From: Alloascoidea hylecoeti | Taxonomy: Eukaryota | Length of the DNA stretch: 64,000 bases | Direction of reading: 5' to 3' | Assembly (NCBI GenBank): GCA_001600815.1 | Contig: BCKZ01000002.1 | Coordinates: forward strand, 1,124,294-1,188,293 | Shown: one piece after another, positions 1 to 12,308 of the stretch | Position numbering within the stretch: position 1 is the stretch's first letter | How the letters are laid out: each line of letters begins with the position of its first letter | The notes under the pieces: model-generated | Databases searched by the model: none | The model's input: the letters and a program-made list of their open reading frames with translations, nothing else | Told to the model about the DNA's origin: nothing | Made by a program: the position numbers and the translations under genes

Positions 1-1187
1 CATCCCCAAAGATCAGACGGCCAAGAAGTATTAGTGCATAAGGTGGTGTGGTTGAGACTTTCTTCTTTCATTAATATTCTATTCTTTTATATAAGGAGAT
101 ACATACCATAGCGGGTTGTACAGATCGTCTAATTGTCACAATTTGTCAGAGATGTTCTGGCTAGACTATTATTTCTACTAAAGACAGGTTTCCGGGAGCA
201 AGCTTATTAAATGATAAAAAATATTTCAAATTCCTTCTTTGAAAAGTTACAATTATCAAGGGTCTTGCAATTCGATTCGGAAGAGTTATGATATTTAGAA
301 ATATAATGTAGAACATTAGATACGGAATTATAAATTCGGGATTTTTCATTAATACCGTTAACGTTATTGTATTTTAGGCGGTACCTTCAAGGTAATGGCA
401 TCCCCATTATGAAAATTTGCAATTATCAGAACAATAATTATAAATTTTAAATGAAACCAATTTAAATATGAATATTAATGCACGTTAAAATTTCGACTTA
501 TTATAATAAGGGGCCGGGGCTATTTTAAATTTTGCTGGAGACTTTGACACAAAATGAAACCGAAACGCCGAGACTGAATGAAAAATGTTTACTATTGTTT
601 AGAGAAAGACGATAAACCTACAGATGAGAATAAATATTTAAATACCAGCGCACTCCACTATCAAATTAGTACCAGTTTTGTTGTGTAAATGGAGCCATGG
701 AGTTACTAATTAGTTTTGCAATTGTTGTGTAAATGTAAGTGGGGGTTATGCTATGGAGTTATTAATTAATATCAGAGCAAAGGAATTCGTGAGTATGGCT
801 GATTATGAGCAAATTAATTGCAATCTCAAAATATATATATATATGATTTCGAAATTCCAACAACGGTTGCACCAAAGCACACAAAAGCACACGAAGCTGG
901 CACGAAGCGTGTCCGTCTGTTCTGGAATATATTTACAAGGCAAACATGCACCACTGCATACATTCCGTCAGCACCCGTGATGCGCTCGGTTGCGGGTGTC
1001 TGCGGCGGGTGTCTGCGGCGGGCCCCTGCCGCCACACGCGGGCGGCATTTGACCAGAACACGTGCGGGCGATTATTCAGCGGGTGGTCCAGCAAATAATT
1101 AAATATTGGCAGCCTGGCAGACGGAATATATATTTGGGTGCTCCTGCTGTTTCCTGCCTCTCTTGTATCCTCCAAATTTCAAAATCA

Positions 1188-1814
1188 ATGATGTCCTCTC
1201 CACACGTCTCTGACTCCTCCGAAGACTACCTCGGCCTCTGCTTCCACGACTACTGCATCATCTGTGACACCCAGTGCGCCCCCGGCGGTGTCTACTGCTC
1301 CTCCAAATGCCGCCATATAGATGAAGACAACTCCAGAAAAGCCAGCCCTTCGTTGTTCTCCCAAATGGAATCCCCAGACTTTTCTCCCGAGGCTCAGCGC
1401 AGGTCTTCCTACCCCAGTCCCATCTTCTCCATCGATTCTAACGAAAGAGTCGACGAGGACCTGGATCTGACTGATGATTACTCGGACTCAATTTATACTT
1501 ATGAAGTGCCTACTTTAGAACATTCAACTTCTGTATCTTCTACTTCTACAGGCTCCTCCTGGACAAATCTAGAGAATTTTGCCCGTGCTTATAATTTCAA
1601 TACATCTTCATCTTTACTGTCCAACTCAACCTTGGAAAATCACAAAGTTTCACCTACACACAATGCCCCAAGGTTAATACTATCGGAGTTAGAAGAATCG
1701 ACTAAGATCCCACAAAAACAACTGCAACAACAACCGCAATTCCAACAGCCTAGATCTAATCTTTCTGTCTCGAACTCAGACACATACAAGCGATGGTTAA
1801 ATGTTGTCTTATAA
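1188..1814 (+). CDS. ECL1: Ecl1/2/3-family zinc-binding protein (extender of chronological lifespan)
   Basis: N-terminal F-x-x-YCIICD...YCSSKCRHID Cys motif typical of the Ecl1 family, followed by a Ser-rich tail. ATG at 1188 follows an A-rich context and a TATA-like element near 1127. The ORF-track start at 1062 is a GTG. Confidence 0.75.
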   Translation: MMSSPHVSDSSEDYLGLCFHDYCIICDTQCAPGGVYCSSKCRHIDEDNSRKASPSLFSQMESPDFSPEAQRRSSYPSPIFSIDSNERVDEDLDLTDDYSDSIYTYEVPTLEHSTSVSSTSTGSSWTNLENFARAYNFNTSSSLLSNSTLENHKVSPTHNAPRLILSELEESTKIPQKQLQQQPQFQQPRSNLSVSNSDTYKRWLNVVL

Positions 1815-4800
1815 ATTATTTAATATTATAAATACTCCGCTTACAGGTAAAGCGTGTTCGTATTCCAGTTTAATTATCAAAAACAACAACAGTATACTAT
1901 GATTGGCTAATGATTTTATCTTTTTCACTTCATATTTCATCTTATCTCATGGTTAAAAAGTTTATGGTGTCATTTTATTTATGCTATGATGAACAACGAC
2001 ACACATTTATAGATTTCATTTATTTGTCTCTTTTTATTGTTACTATTTCAATTGCAACTACCATTTGTATTGCTTTTTACATAACTTTTTCTCTTTTCTA
2101 TATACTTTTTTTTTTGGGTTGTTTTTACATTACTAATATTTATTGAAACCATGTTGGCGTCATTATTTTTTATCCTTTATCTTTTTGAATATTTACTTCA
2201 ATTAACTTGTAATTAGCCTCAAATGATTTAACTTGAGATTATATTGGATAATATTTTTATTACAAATCTTTTTTATATACTTAGCTATTTATTCTGGTGT
2301 TTTATTATATACAATGGACAATTTAAAAAATCCAAATATAAAAGCTATAGCATTATATATGTGAAAAAATAAAAAAAAAATACACAAAAACTATAAAATA
2401 TTTATAAAAAATTACATATGTAAACATTTTATAAATTTACACTTTTTTACTCATCTTTCAAATTAATTAGATATATGTCAATTGCTGAATAAAATTTGTA
2501 TAACCTTTTAAGATTTAAATTTAGATTAAATCTCTCATGATCAATCAATCAAATCACTACAACAATTTTCTCTAATGCAAATTAACGTTTAATCATCCGG
2601 GAAATGAAAAGTACAATAAAAAATGACGCTTTTTCAGGATTAATTGTATGTTTTGTAAAACATAAACATTGAATATTATCATGACTCTAAATTATGATCT
2701 ATTTACAATAGTGAATTGATTGTTTGAACTGGAATAGCTCCTTACAGTTCAGTTTGTGGCTAAGTAGTGACAGCTGACTCAATAGAAAACCTTAATTATA
2801 ACGTCAATTACAAGTATAAGAAAGACGAAAGAACATTTGTAAGTAAGATTAAATTAAAACACAATATTGCGATTGAAATAATTGTGTCATTTAGAATTTT
2901 ATTATTATATTACTTTAAAAATCAACTTTGTAGGTGTGACAGCATAGAATTTCAATAGAATAAAATATTGACACAATTGCAAAATCTTAATTATATAACA
3001 TGACAATGACATCACTATTAGGAATATGACCTTATCTTTAATATTCATGACTCTAATTGAAATTATTTTCAATAATATTCTGTAGCATTTTTAAACTTGA
3101 CCTGAGAGGCACGTGAGATACCATCTTCGCGAACCTATACTCAATTCAATATCATTGTTCATCATTAATATTGTAGAAAATCCTAGATTCGTGCATATGT
3201 CATAATTATTATTATTATTATATAATTAATGATGAATAATTACAAATTTACAAATTTATATTGCTCCATATATTCTACCTCTGCCTGGAGTCTCCCACAT
3301 AATTATTAACATATCTAATCCTTTCACTATAAATAGTCTATAATTAATAAGGTACTGCCCATGGTATCTATGGCTCACGTGCACGAGAACCTGACATGTA
3401 TGACTTATATCCATTATAATTACAATCAAGAATCCAAACTCAGATCTAGAATCAAAAATGCAGCGGGATTTTTTCAAATGTTGAATTTGAAGCAAGCATT
3501 CTAGGAACAGATCAAGATAAAGAATTGGGGGCGGCTCCTCGGCACCATTTTATTACACGTGTTGAGCTTTTTAATCTCAATTTTACTATTCATATGCTTG
3601 TACTTTATACTTTAATTATGTTTCTCTTTTTAGTTTTATCTGCGTAATCAACAAATAACTAAACAATACCACAAATTCACACAATGTGCTTTTGGAATTC
3701 TCAGCTGAACCAGCGTTATATCTATAGATAAGATATTGATATTAGTGAATATTAATATGATAACGCATTAACTAGGTTATTTGTTATCAACCGTTTTTTT
3801 TTTTACCAGCGCCAGTAATAAGTTTGATCACGTAGGCATAGCACTTTAATTGTACATGTAGTAATATCTCTAATTATATTAAATGTAATATTTTATAATT
3901 GTAAATTTACACCATTAATTACTATCGATCAGAATCATATTATTATTACATTAAAGATAACAAATTTCTTGTCTATTAGAAATCTAGATCAATATCTTAA
4001 TTAGACAGTAACTTTTTTGAAAATAACTCAACTATAGCTATGGATTCTCTGGAAGTATACCAAGACTCACACTACAATTGGTTAAATTATAAGGCTTACA
4101 CTTTTATTTTATAATTATGGTGTTCTTTACTCTCGATTTAATTGAGCCACCAAAAAGCGCATCATCATTGAACTAACGTTGATTTCAACACAGGTACCTG
4201 ATAACCGTGATTAAACATACTTTTAAAACTTATGATAAGTAAGTTTATGCTGAATATGCTCAGTCTAGTTTAGTAGGATCATATGGGCTTAAAATGCCAA
4301 TACAGTAATATCCCTCGCCGATTTTCGGACAGAGTCTCAGCCTCTCTTACAGAATATTCAATAGCCAGTAGAGAAACTATCGCCATAAAACCACAGACAG
4401 CTGAGCCAACTAAATAATCCCCGCCACAGGAAAAAGAGAATTATTTAAAATTTAGCAACCATTTTTCACACGTGTTTAATCGACATTCAAGATTCTATAT
4501 TTATGTTCCTATTCTATAGTTGTTATTTAGTGTAGTCTGCCTTTCATTTATGTCTGATAGAATAGGAAATAAGCGGGGCATAAAAATGTAATGCGAATAT
4601 TAATGCACATATGCATGAAACTGAACAATGAATTGAATAATCATTTGAAGTTCTGAACATACATCCAAAAACAGTTGTCACTTTTCTGATCTAATAAATA
4701 ATTGTCTGGATTAGATCTAGATTCAGATTTAAAATTTAATTGATGATGGCCCAAAGCAATTATATCCATATTTAATGAATAAATATCGAGATGGAATCCG

Positions 4801-6610
4801 TATAATTATAATCATGCGTGTATCGGTAGATGCGTTGTGGAAGCATCACAGCTCTTCCAGAATCAAATAAGTTATAGATGTTTATGCTTATATTATATAG
4901 TTATACTCTATAAGCTTATACGATCGCAAATCAATATCGCAAAACGCTACGATTTCATTGAATTTAGTACTGACTGTACTGAAAAGTTCTCCCAAGTGCA
5001 TAGAGATGTCTTTAATCTTGCCATGGCCAGTTCAATGTACAGCATTCCAAAAAAGAATTTCTCTGTCGAGCTTACTTTATAATCGACTGTCTTTAAATTG
5101 AATATTCTCATAAACTTTGTACATTCTTAATCGACTGAAATCACTACGTGTCACAATATTCAGCGTTTAAAAATAGTATAATTCAAAGAGTATGCACAGC
5201 TGTGTTGCTCATGATTCTTTGCATTTTGTTGGACCATTAAAATTGAAGACAGAGGAATGTTAGAATAATAAGCCCAATATTAAGGACCTAATAATGATAA
5301 TAATTGTAGGGTACTAGGTGATGCCACTTTTCTTTGGAGAACGGAGATATATAGGGATTAATGACAAGAATAGTGGCCGTGGTACTTTGCTATTGAAAAT
5401 GTTGCAACACTTTAATTCAAACATAAGTATATAGCTACATAAAGAGATTAGTGATAGATATTGTATAATTTATGGCTAATGATAAAACCAATATTAATGT
5501 ATATAGTAAATTATATAAGTTGTACCGGCTTATTCATATCGGTACAAACATACACTTTAAAATTGCCCTCCCATGGAACTAAGATATCTATAGCCAGAAT
5601 AAATCTGAAATTATTTCCAAAATATTAGGAGCAAATAAATAGCGTAACGTAGGTAATACATGGGCCTATTACCCATCTTCTCATTCGGCGCTTATATGGT
5701 GGTCAAACATCAAAGAAAATGTTTTAACGGGAAAATTATTTAAATAATATTGCTTCACCCATGTCACTAACTAATTCTCAAACCTTTTACTAACATTTCT
5801 TTAAAATAGCTACAAATATATGGGAAAACTATGTATAACACTTTTTAAAAGTTAACGCGCCTAATACATACTTAAATAGTGAACTAAGTATGGTGCAATT
5901 ATACAAATTTAAATTGCCACTTTAAATAATTACAATTCGCAGATGTAAGCCAAATTATTCGCTGCATAATTTAACTGCTATGAAACAAACTCTTTCTCTT
6001 CATATAATAAGGTCTAAATAATTTCTAGCAATACGCGAATTGTTATATGACTGCTAAGTTCAAGTCTTTCTGACTACTCACTACTGTATTAAATAGCTAA
6101 CGCTAAGTAAATTGGAAACATGTGCTAATTTTTTCAATATTGGAAGGCGAATATTTAGTGACACTCTACAACACAAAAGAGGCCAAAATACCAGCGCCAG
6201 TTGTAACCAATTCTACTACCCTAAAAGTTTATTCTCATTAATATTGTTTGGTTACAATTAGACTAGAATGTAAAATATTCGGTGCTTGATAGCTGTAAGT
6301 TGCAATTGGGAATGGCAGATATCAAAATACAATTCTACGGGAACAGTAAGCGGTAAAAATGTATTTGTAACTCAAAACATTAAATTTCAAAAACAAAAAT
6401 ACATTTGAAAATATCACACATCAAGGTTTGTATTGTAATGTACCAGCCTTTCCACTTCAAAAATATACACAATAAAGTGACGAAATTATCCCTCTAACAT
6501 GGCTAATTTAGTGGTAAAACTGGAATTAACGTAGAAAAATGGCATTTGTCCGGGTAACAACAAGCATAAGAGCGGCGCAGTTAAACTACTCTAGAAAAGT
6601 AAGTTTCAAA

Positions 6611-7366
6611 ATGGCTAACTCTAGAAGAACTCGCTCCCGTTCCCATCGTACAGCATCTCCAATCACATCTAACCTCATCGCACAACCCCAATATAGGCAG
6701 ATGGATCAGATACTCAACTTTGCCCCACAGCAACCCGTGATTCCGGCCCCTCAGCCCAATGGGAAACAACCTCCAGCCTCTTATAACTTTGGGTTTGATA
6801 ATGAGAAATTTGTCAACGCGTCTTTGAAAACTGTTGAGACAGTCAAGTATGTCAGGTATGATGAATGGTTACGTGCTGCCTTGGGGGTTTTGAAATTTCC
6901 TATTTCAAGCCCTAAATTATTGGATTCGTCAGCTTCTGTTGATGATCGGAAAAGAAAGATTGAAGAACTAAAAAAAGAACTTGATGAGATATCAGCCAAA
7001 CCCCACCCAAAGAAGTATAGAAGTGAACTTGATGAATTCGTAACGAAAGGAACTATAAAATTACAGCAAGAATTTGGTTCTATTCCTTCAAACCTACCAT
7101 TAGAACAAATAATTAGTGATTTTGAACAACAATATGAATCTAAATTAGCCGATTTTAATGTGGCTATAACAAATGAAGTTAGAATACAACCAGCGAAAGC
7201 TCTAATGAATTTACCAGATGTTGAACGAAAACCTGATAATTTTGTTGAAGTTAAAAGCGCTCCTAATGTTCTTGAACAACCTGTTCTTGCTTCTCAAACT
7301 CTTACTTATTCACATTCTGCGACTCCTGTCCCACAAATTTCAAATCAACCTTTGAATGATGCCTAA
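6611..7366 (+). CDS. Hypothetical protein with basic N-terminus and coiled coil; weak resemblance in layout to SWI/SNF subunit Snf6
   Basis: Open 251-codon frame from ATG 6611 (caaaATG). A Reb1-type site CCGGGTAAC at 6550-6558 favours this start over 6539. Family not securely recognised. Confidence 0.6.
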   Translation: MANSRRTRSRSHRTASPITSNLIAQPQYRQMDQILNFAPQQPVIPAPQPNGKQPPASYNFGFDNEKFVNASLKTVETVKYVRYDEWLRAALGVLKFPISSPKLLDSSASVDDRKRKIEELKKELDEISAKPHPKKYRSELDEFVTKGTIKLQQEFGSIPSNLPLEQIISDFEQQYESKLADFNVAITNEVRIQPAKALMNLPDVERKPDNFVEVKSAPNVLEQPVLASQTLTYSHSATPVPQISNQPLNDA

Positions 7367-7540
7367 CTTATTTATTGAAGGAAGTGCTATTTGTATTGTA
7401 TCAATAACCAAATAATGTATATTAATATTTCAGATTCATGACAATAAAATATAAAACATTCTATATAATTATGAACAGTTTAATATTATATCGTCTTAAA
7501 CATCTATATCCAGATCAATACTATTTTATTTTACAATCAG

Positions 7541-8652
7541 CTATGCTTTGTAATCATGCAGTCTTTCTCTATAATTATGAATTCTTTGATCTCCGGAAAT
7601 ACCATTCCATATTTCCTCACCGTCCCTATACTCTAGCTTTGGTGTCCCTATTTGTTCGATTGCCAATCCAGCAGCAACATTTCCATATATTGCTGCAGTT
7701 TCTAAATCTCCATTAGAAAGTACTAGACCTGCGGAAAACCCACCAATAAAAGAATTTCCACCACCAGTTGGATCAATAACTTTACTAGAATCCGAGTGAT
7801 AAGCTGGAAACCATTTTTTATAGCCTGTAGAATTCATTATAACACAACCTTGCTTACCAGCCCTAATACATATTGAAGCAGTAAAGTCACCCTTAGTTTT
7901 GGTTAAATATGGGAGGAATTTCTCGCCCACTTTCTCGATCTCAGGTTTTGTATCTGGCTCAGTTAACCCAAAGAAACTAGCAGCCTCTTCCGCATTTGGG
8001 GATAAAATGTCGACGTAGTCCAATGATGACAGACACATCTCAAGGTTCTCTGGTATACACTCATTGGGGACAGGTTCCCAGACAATGAAAGGTTCTGGTT
8101 CATCGGGTATATTTTTCTTTCTTGCAGTTGATAAACGGCTGAGGATTTTATAGAAACGGTTTGGGGAGCAGATAAGATGATACGATTGAGAGGATAAAAG
8201 AGACGAGTTTGCTATCCAATCATCAACTTCAATTCTTTTCTTTGGTGCTAAATATTTGAAATCTATTATTTTGTTAGAATGAAAAGAAGCATCTGAAATA
8301 TAACTAATGAAAACTTACCACGATGTTCTCGTTCTGCATACATATTCCAACCTCTAGTTGTTTTTCTCTCAGGAGTATCTCTTAAGATAACACCCGTATT
8401 CCACTTCTCAATATCCATTAGGGCACTTTGTGGGAAATCACTCCCTATATCAATAATCCATTCTAGCTTTTTACTTTGTATTGGAGCTTTACAGAAAACT
8501 CTAGCACCAAGGATCGCCCAGGTTCCACCGCCTCCAATAACGTCTAATTGAGGTTGAAGCTTCATATATTCTGGAAAATAGATATCATCAATGATGAACA
8601 TTCCCATCGTTGTAAAGATAGTATTGTTGGATGTTGGATTTGTTAGTGTCAT
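7541..8652 (-). CDS. MAK32: PfkB/ribokinase-family protein Mak32; exons 8652-8319 and 8262-7541 (351 aa)
   Basis: GMFIIDDI, GGGGTWAILGA and DPTGGGNSFIGG motifs. Intron 8318-8263 (GTAAGT...TTCTAAC...TAG, 56 nt) restores DFKYLAPKKRIEVDDW. Confidence 0.88.
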
Positions 8653-9953
8653 ATTGAAATCTCAACGAAGTTCATATAGTGTTGAAATTTTATTATATCT
8701 ATGCTGATATCTGATTATTGAAAATATTGGTACTAATAGACAAAGGGTACCTGTCAGCTTTCCAGTAATACTTGGTATTTAACAGGTTGTACCTCTGGAG
8801 AATTTTCCCTCTAATTGTGTAAGGATTATAGAGATCAATAAGGTTTTGAGCTAAATCCGATAAGATTTCAAGCACGTGAATGTGTTTGACGAAGCCATTA
8901 ATGCTAGTTAAACAGCTTTTCCCCGCTGTTTATATATGATGCCAAAGGTTTACGAATTAAATAAATAGCAGAAGGTTATTCAATAATATTTATAGTAAAT
9001 GTTATTAGCGCCAACTAGGTAATAAAATAATTAGAGGTTTCTTAGTTAATATACTGATCAGTTCGATGAAGACATAGAAATTTATTAAGCTTAAACTTCA
9101 AAGATTAATTAGCATATATCAATGTAGAGTTATTTAATGATCATGATGCTGGTTTTCATAACTCAAAGAGGTGAACTTCAACAATAATAAATATCAGTGA
9201 TCTCTCAACAGCTCAGCTACGTTTGGCCATTTCCTGAGTGTACGTAATCATCCTCCTGAAACCCCCAAAGTTTTTGTTTTGTGTTAGTAAACTCATTGAT
9301 TTGAAGAAGTTTTATTTGATCGGTACCTATTCTGCGCTTCGGGAAGATCTGGGAACGGCAAAGTCTTTTACAAACTTGCTACAGGATACTTGACGGTTCA
9401 GCTGCGTATGAAAAGTAATTTAATGTAATCTCAACGTCGATTATCCTATTCCCAGTTTGAGCTGGAATTTTTGGGGATGGTGGTGAGTAGTGATTAGTTA
9501 AAAATATAGCAAATTTTACGCGCCACATTTTTTTGATTTTTGATTTTCCCTTATCAGGGAACATTCACTCGATATGGTATAGTAAATCATGATGCAAAAA
9601 TACAAAATATTTTCGTCTCGTAAAACAAATTTAAAATGGCAATTCGTCCACTTTGTTTCGGTGCATAATTCGTTTAATGTCGAACCTATCGTGTCTCCAA
9701 TAAGAACAATTTCATTGTTTGTACAAGAAGTTCTTTTCCTTTGAATATATAGGAGCTGAGAATTTCCTGTTTGGTGAAGCGCTTTCAATTTCAGCTTTTT
9801 CAATATCAAAATCAGATCCTTCGCACTCATGATCATAAATACATCGCTATGGCAGGAATATCTCATTATAAATTATAATATTTATATGCACCGATACACC
9901 CGAACATCAAAGTTATATGCAATTATTAAAGATTCTGAGAATTTAAGTTTGAG

Positions 9954-12308
9954 ATGGACAAAAAAGTTAATAAGCTAAGAAGCAGATTAAAGTATAAAAA
10001 GTCCCATTTTGACACCGATAAGGAGAATAATAATGATGATGAAAATGGTGATTTAGAAGCCTTTCATGTCAATGAAACTATCGACCATCATCGTTTGGCT
10101 TTTGATCCAAATCTTCCTGCTGATAGCTTTCTAGGGGAGTATGAATATTCAGGCCTAGATAATGATTCACCTTATCCAGAAGTGAGAGCGGCTGTACCAA
10201 ACACAGATGATCCGTCTCTTCCTGTATCGACTATACGGGTGTGGGTTTTAGGAATGCTGGTGACTACAATTTTTAGTGCCTTGAATGTCTTATTTTCCTT
10301 GCATACACCAACTTTTACTATATCTTCATTTGTTGGAAGTCTTGTGGTTTGGCCTATGGGAAGAGCTTGGGAGAAATACATGCCTCATAAGAAGTTTTGG
10401 GGGATGGAATTAAATCCTGGCCCTTTTAATATGAAGGAGCATGCCCTAATAACTATAATGGGAAATATTAGTTTTGGAGAAGGTCCAACCTATGCCGCGG
10501 ACATAACAGTAACTTTAAGAAAGTTTTATAAAGTCAACTATGGGATATTGTTTGAACTAATGTGCGCAGTTACCATTCAATCATGTGGATATAGTATGGC
10601 TGGCCTAATGAAGAAATTGTTGATTTATCCTGCTTCAATGATTTGGCCTTCAAATTTGGCAACCTCGACCTTCCTAACAAATATTCACATGAATATAAAT
10701 CATGTTGCTAATGGTTGGAATGTTTCGCGACTGCGGTTCTTTTTTTATGTTTGGGTGTTTTCTGCATTGTGGTATTGGATCCCAGGTTATTTGGCAACCT
10801 TTTTATCTTATACTGCCTTTCCTACTTGGTTCGCACCAAAAAATGTTATTGTTAATCAACTATTTGGAGCCCAAACTGGTCTTGGTTTTGTTCCCATGAC
10901 TTTTGATTGGAATGTAGTATCTGGTTACATAGGATCTCCATTGATAACACCAGCTTTCTCAATTGCTAATATGCTAACTTCCACAGTATTATTCTTTTGG
11001 GTGTTAACTCCAATCTGTTATTATTCGAATTGGGCATATTCAAAATATTTACCTATATCAGATTCAAATTCTTATGATAGATTTGCAAATCAATATAATG
11101 CATCAAGAATATTAGGTGACAGTTTAAACTTTGATTTGGAAAAGTATAAAAATTATTCTCCGATTTTCATTTCAGCAACATTTGCTTTATCATATGGATT
11201 AAGTTTTGCATCCATTACTGCAGCTTTCGTCCATACTATACTATATCATGGTAAGGATATAATTTATTATTTTAAAACCTCAAGAAATGAACCTGATGAT
11301 ATACACTTAAAATTAATGAGGAATTATAAAGAAGTTCCCGCTTGGTGGTATGTTATTGTTTTTGTTGCAAGTTTTTCTTTTGCCATTGTAACTATATTAT
11401 GTTGGAAAACTGAATTACCAGTGTGGGCATTAATATTTGCTTTACTTATAGCGTTTGTCTTTTTAATACCTGTTGGAATGATTTATGCTATCACTAATAT
11501 TGAAATTGGTCTTAACGTAATTACTGAATTTATAATTGGTTATTTAATTCCTGGAAAACCATTAGCAATGATGTTATTTAAATCATATGGTTATATTACA
11601 AATGGTACTGCCGTTATTTTTTTACAAGATATGAAATTGGGTCATTATTTAAAAATACCACCAAAGACTTTATTTGCAGCACAATTAATTTCATCTTTAT
11701 GGGGAGGAATAGTACAAATTCTTTTCCTTACTTTAGCTGATGAAACAATTGCAGATTTATGCATTGAAGGTCAAAAGGCGAGATTTACTTGTCATTATCC
11801 ATTGGTGTTTTTCAATGCTAGTATTATATGGGGTGCGATTGGACCAAGAAGACAGTTTGGTGAAAATGGAATTTATAAAGACTTACTTTGGTTTTTTTTA
11901 ATTGGGGCTATATTACCAGTTTTTACATGGCTTATTATGTTAAAATGGCCAAAAAGTTGGGTACGATATATACACTGGCCAGTTTTTTTCAATGGTAGTG
12001 ATATGATTCCACCGGCTACTCCGTTTAACTATGGTACATATGGGATGGTTGGATTAATTTTTGGATATTATATTAAAAGAAAATATTTCTCATGGTGGGC
12101 CAAATATAACTATACATTATCTGCAGGGTTGGATATAGGACTGGCCATTGGATCTCTTATCATTTTCTTAACGATTACCTTAACTTCAACGGGAACGCCT
12201 AATTGGTGGGGGAATAATATTGTTGATAATACGTTAGATACAAAAAATACAGCGATTATGATAGGCTTGAAAGATGGAGAAGCATTTGGGCCTAAAAGTT
12301 GGAGTTAA
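9954..12308 (+). CDS. OPT-family oligopeptide transporter (Isp4/Opt-like)
   Basis: SPYPEVRAAV, NPGPFNMKEH and KLGHYLKIPP signature motifs; many hydrophobic segments; 784 aa. Confidence 0.95.
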   Translation: MDKKVNKLRSRLKYKKSHFDTDKENNNDDENGDLEAFHVNETIDHHRLAFDPNLPADSFLGEYEYSGLDNDSPYPEVRAAVPNTDDPSLPVSTIRVWVLGMLVTTIFSALNVLFSLHTPTFTISSFVGSLVVWPMGRAWEKYMPHKKFWGMELNPGPFNMKEHALITIMGNISFGEGPTYAADITVTLRKFYKVNYGILFELMCAVTIQSCGYSMAGLMKKLLIYPASMIWPSNLATSTFLTNIHMNINHVANGWNVSRLRFFFYVWVFSALWYWIPGYLATFLSYTAFPTWFAPKNVIVNQLFGAQTGLGFVPMTFDWNVVSGYIGSPLITPAFSIANMLTSTVLFFWVLTPICYYSNWAYSKYLPISDSNSYDRFANQYNASRILGDSLNFDLEKYKNYSPIFISATFALSYGLSFASITAAFVHTILYHGKDIIYYFKTSRNEPDDIHLKLMRNYKEVPAWWYVIVFVASFSFAIVTILCWKTELPVWALIFALLIAFVFLIPVGMIYAITNIEIGLNVITEFIIGYLIPGKPLAMMLFKSYGYITNGTAVIFLQDMKLGHYLKIPPKTLFAAQLISSLWGGIVQILFLTLADETIADLCIEGQKARFTCHYPLVFFNASIIWGAIGPRRQFGENGIYKDLLWFFLIGAILPVFTWLIMLKWPKSWVRYIHWPVFFNGSDMIPPATPFNYGTYGMVGLIFGYYIKRKYFSWWAKYNYTLSAGLDIGLAIGSLIIFLTITLTSTGTPNWWGNNIVDNTLDTKNTAIMIGLKDGEAFGPKSWS

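Noticed and set aside
1..71. Possible 5' end of a minus-strand gene (MKEESLNHTTLCTNTSWPSDLWG...) running off the window edge
   Set aside because: Too short to assess; no recognisable motif.
753..1175. Overlapping short ORFs upstream of ECL1
   Set aside because: By-product of the GC-rich promoter island; no protein-like features.
4960..5090. Minus-strand peptide FWNAVH*TGHGKIKD faintly like an integrase His-His motif
   Set aside because: Contains a stop, similarity too short, and no LTR or other retroelement signal nearby.
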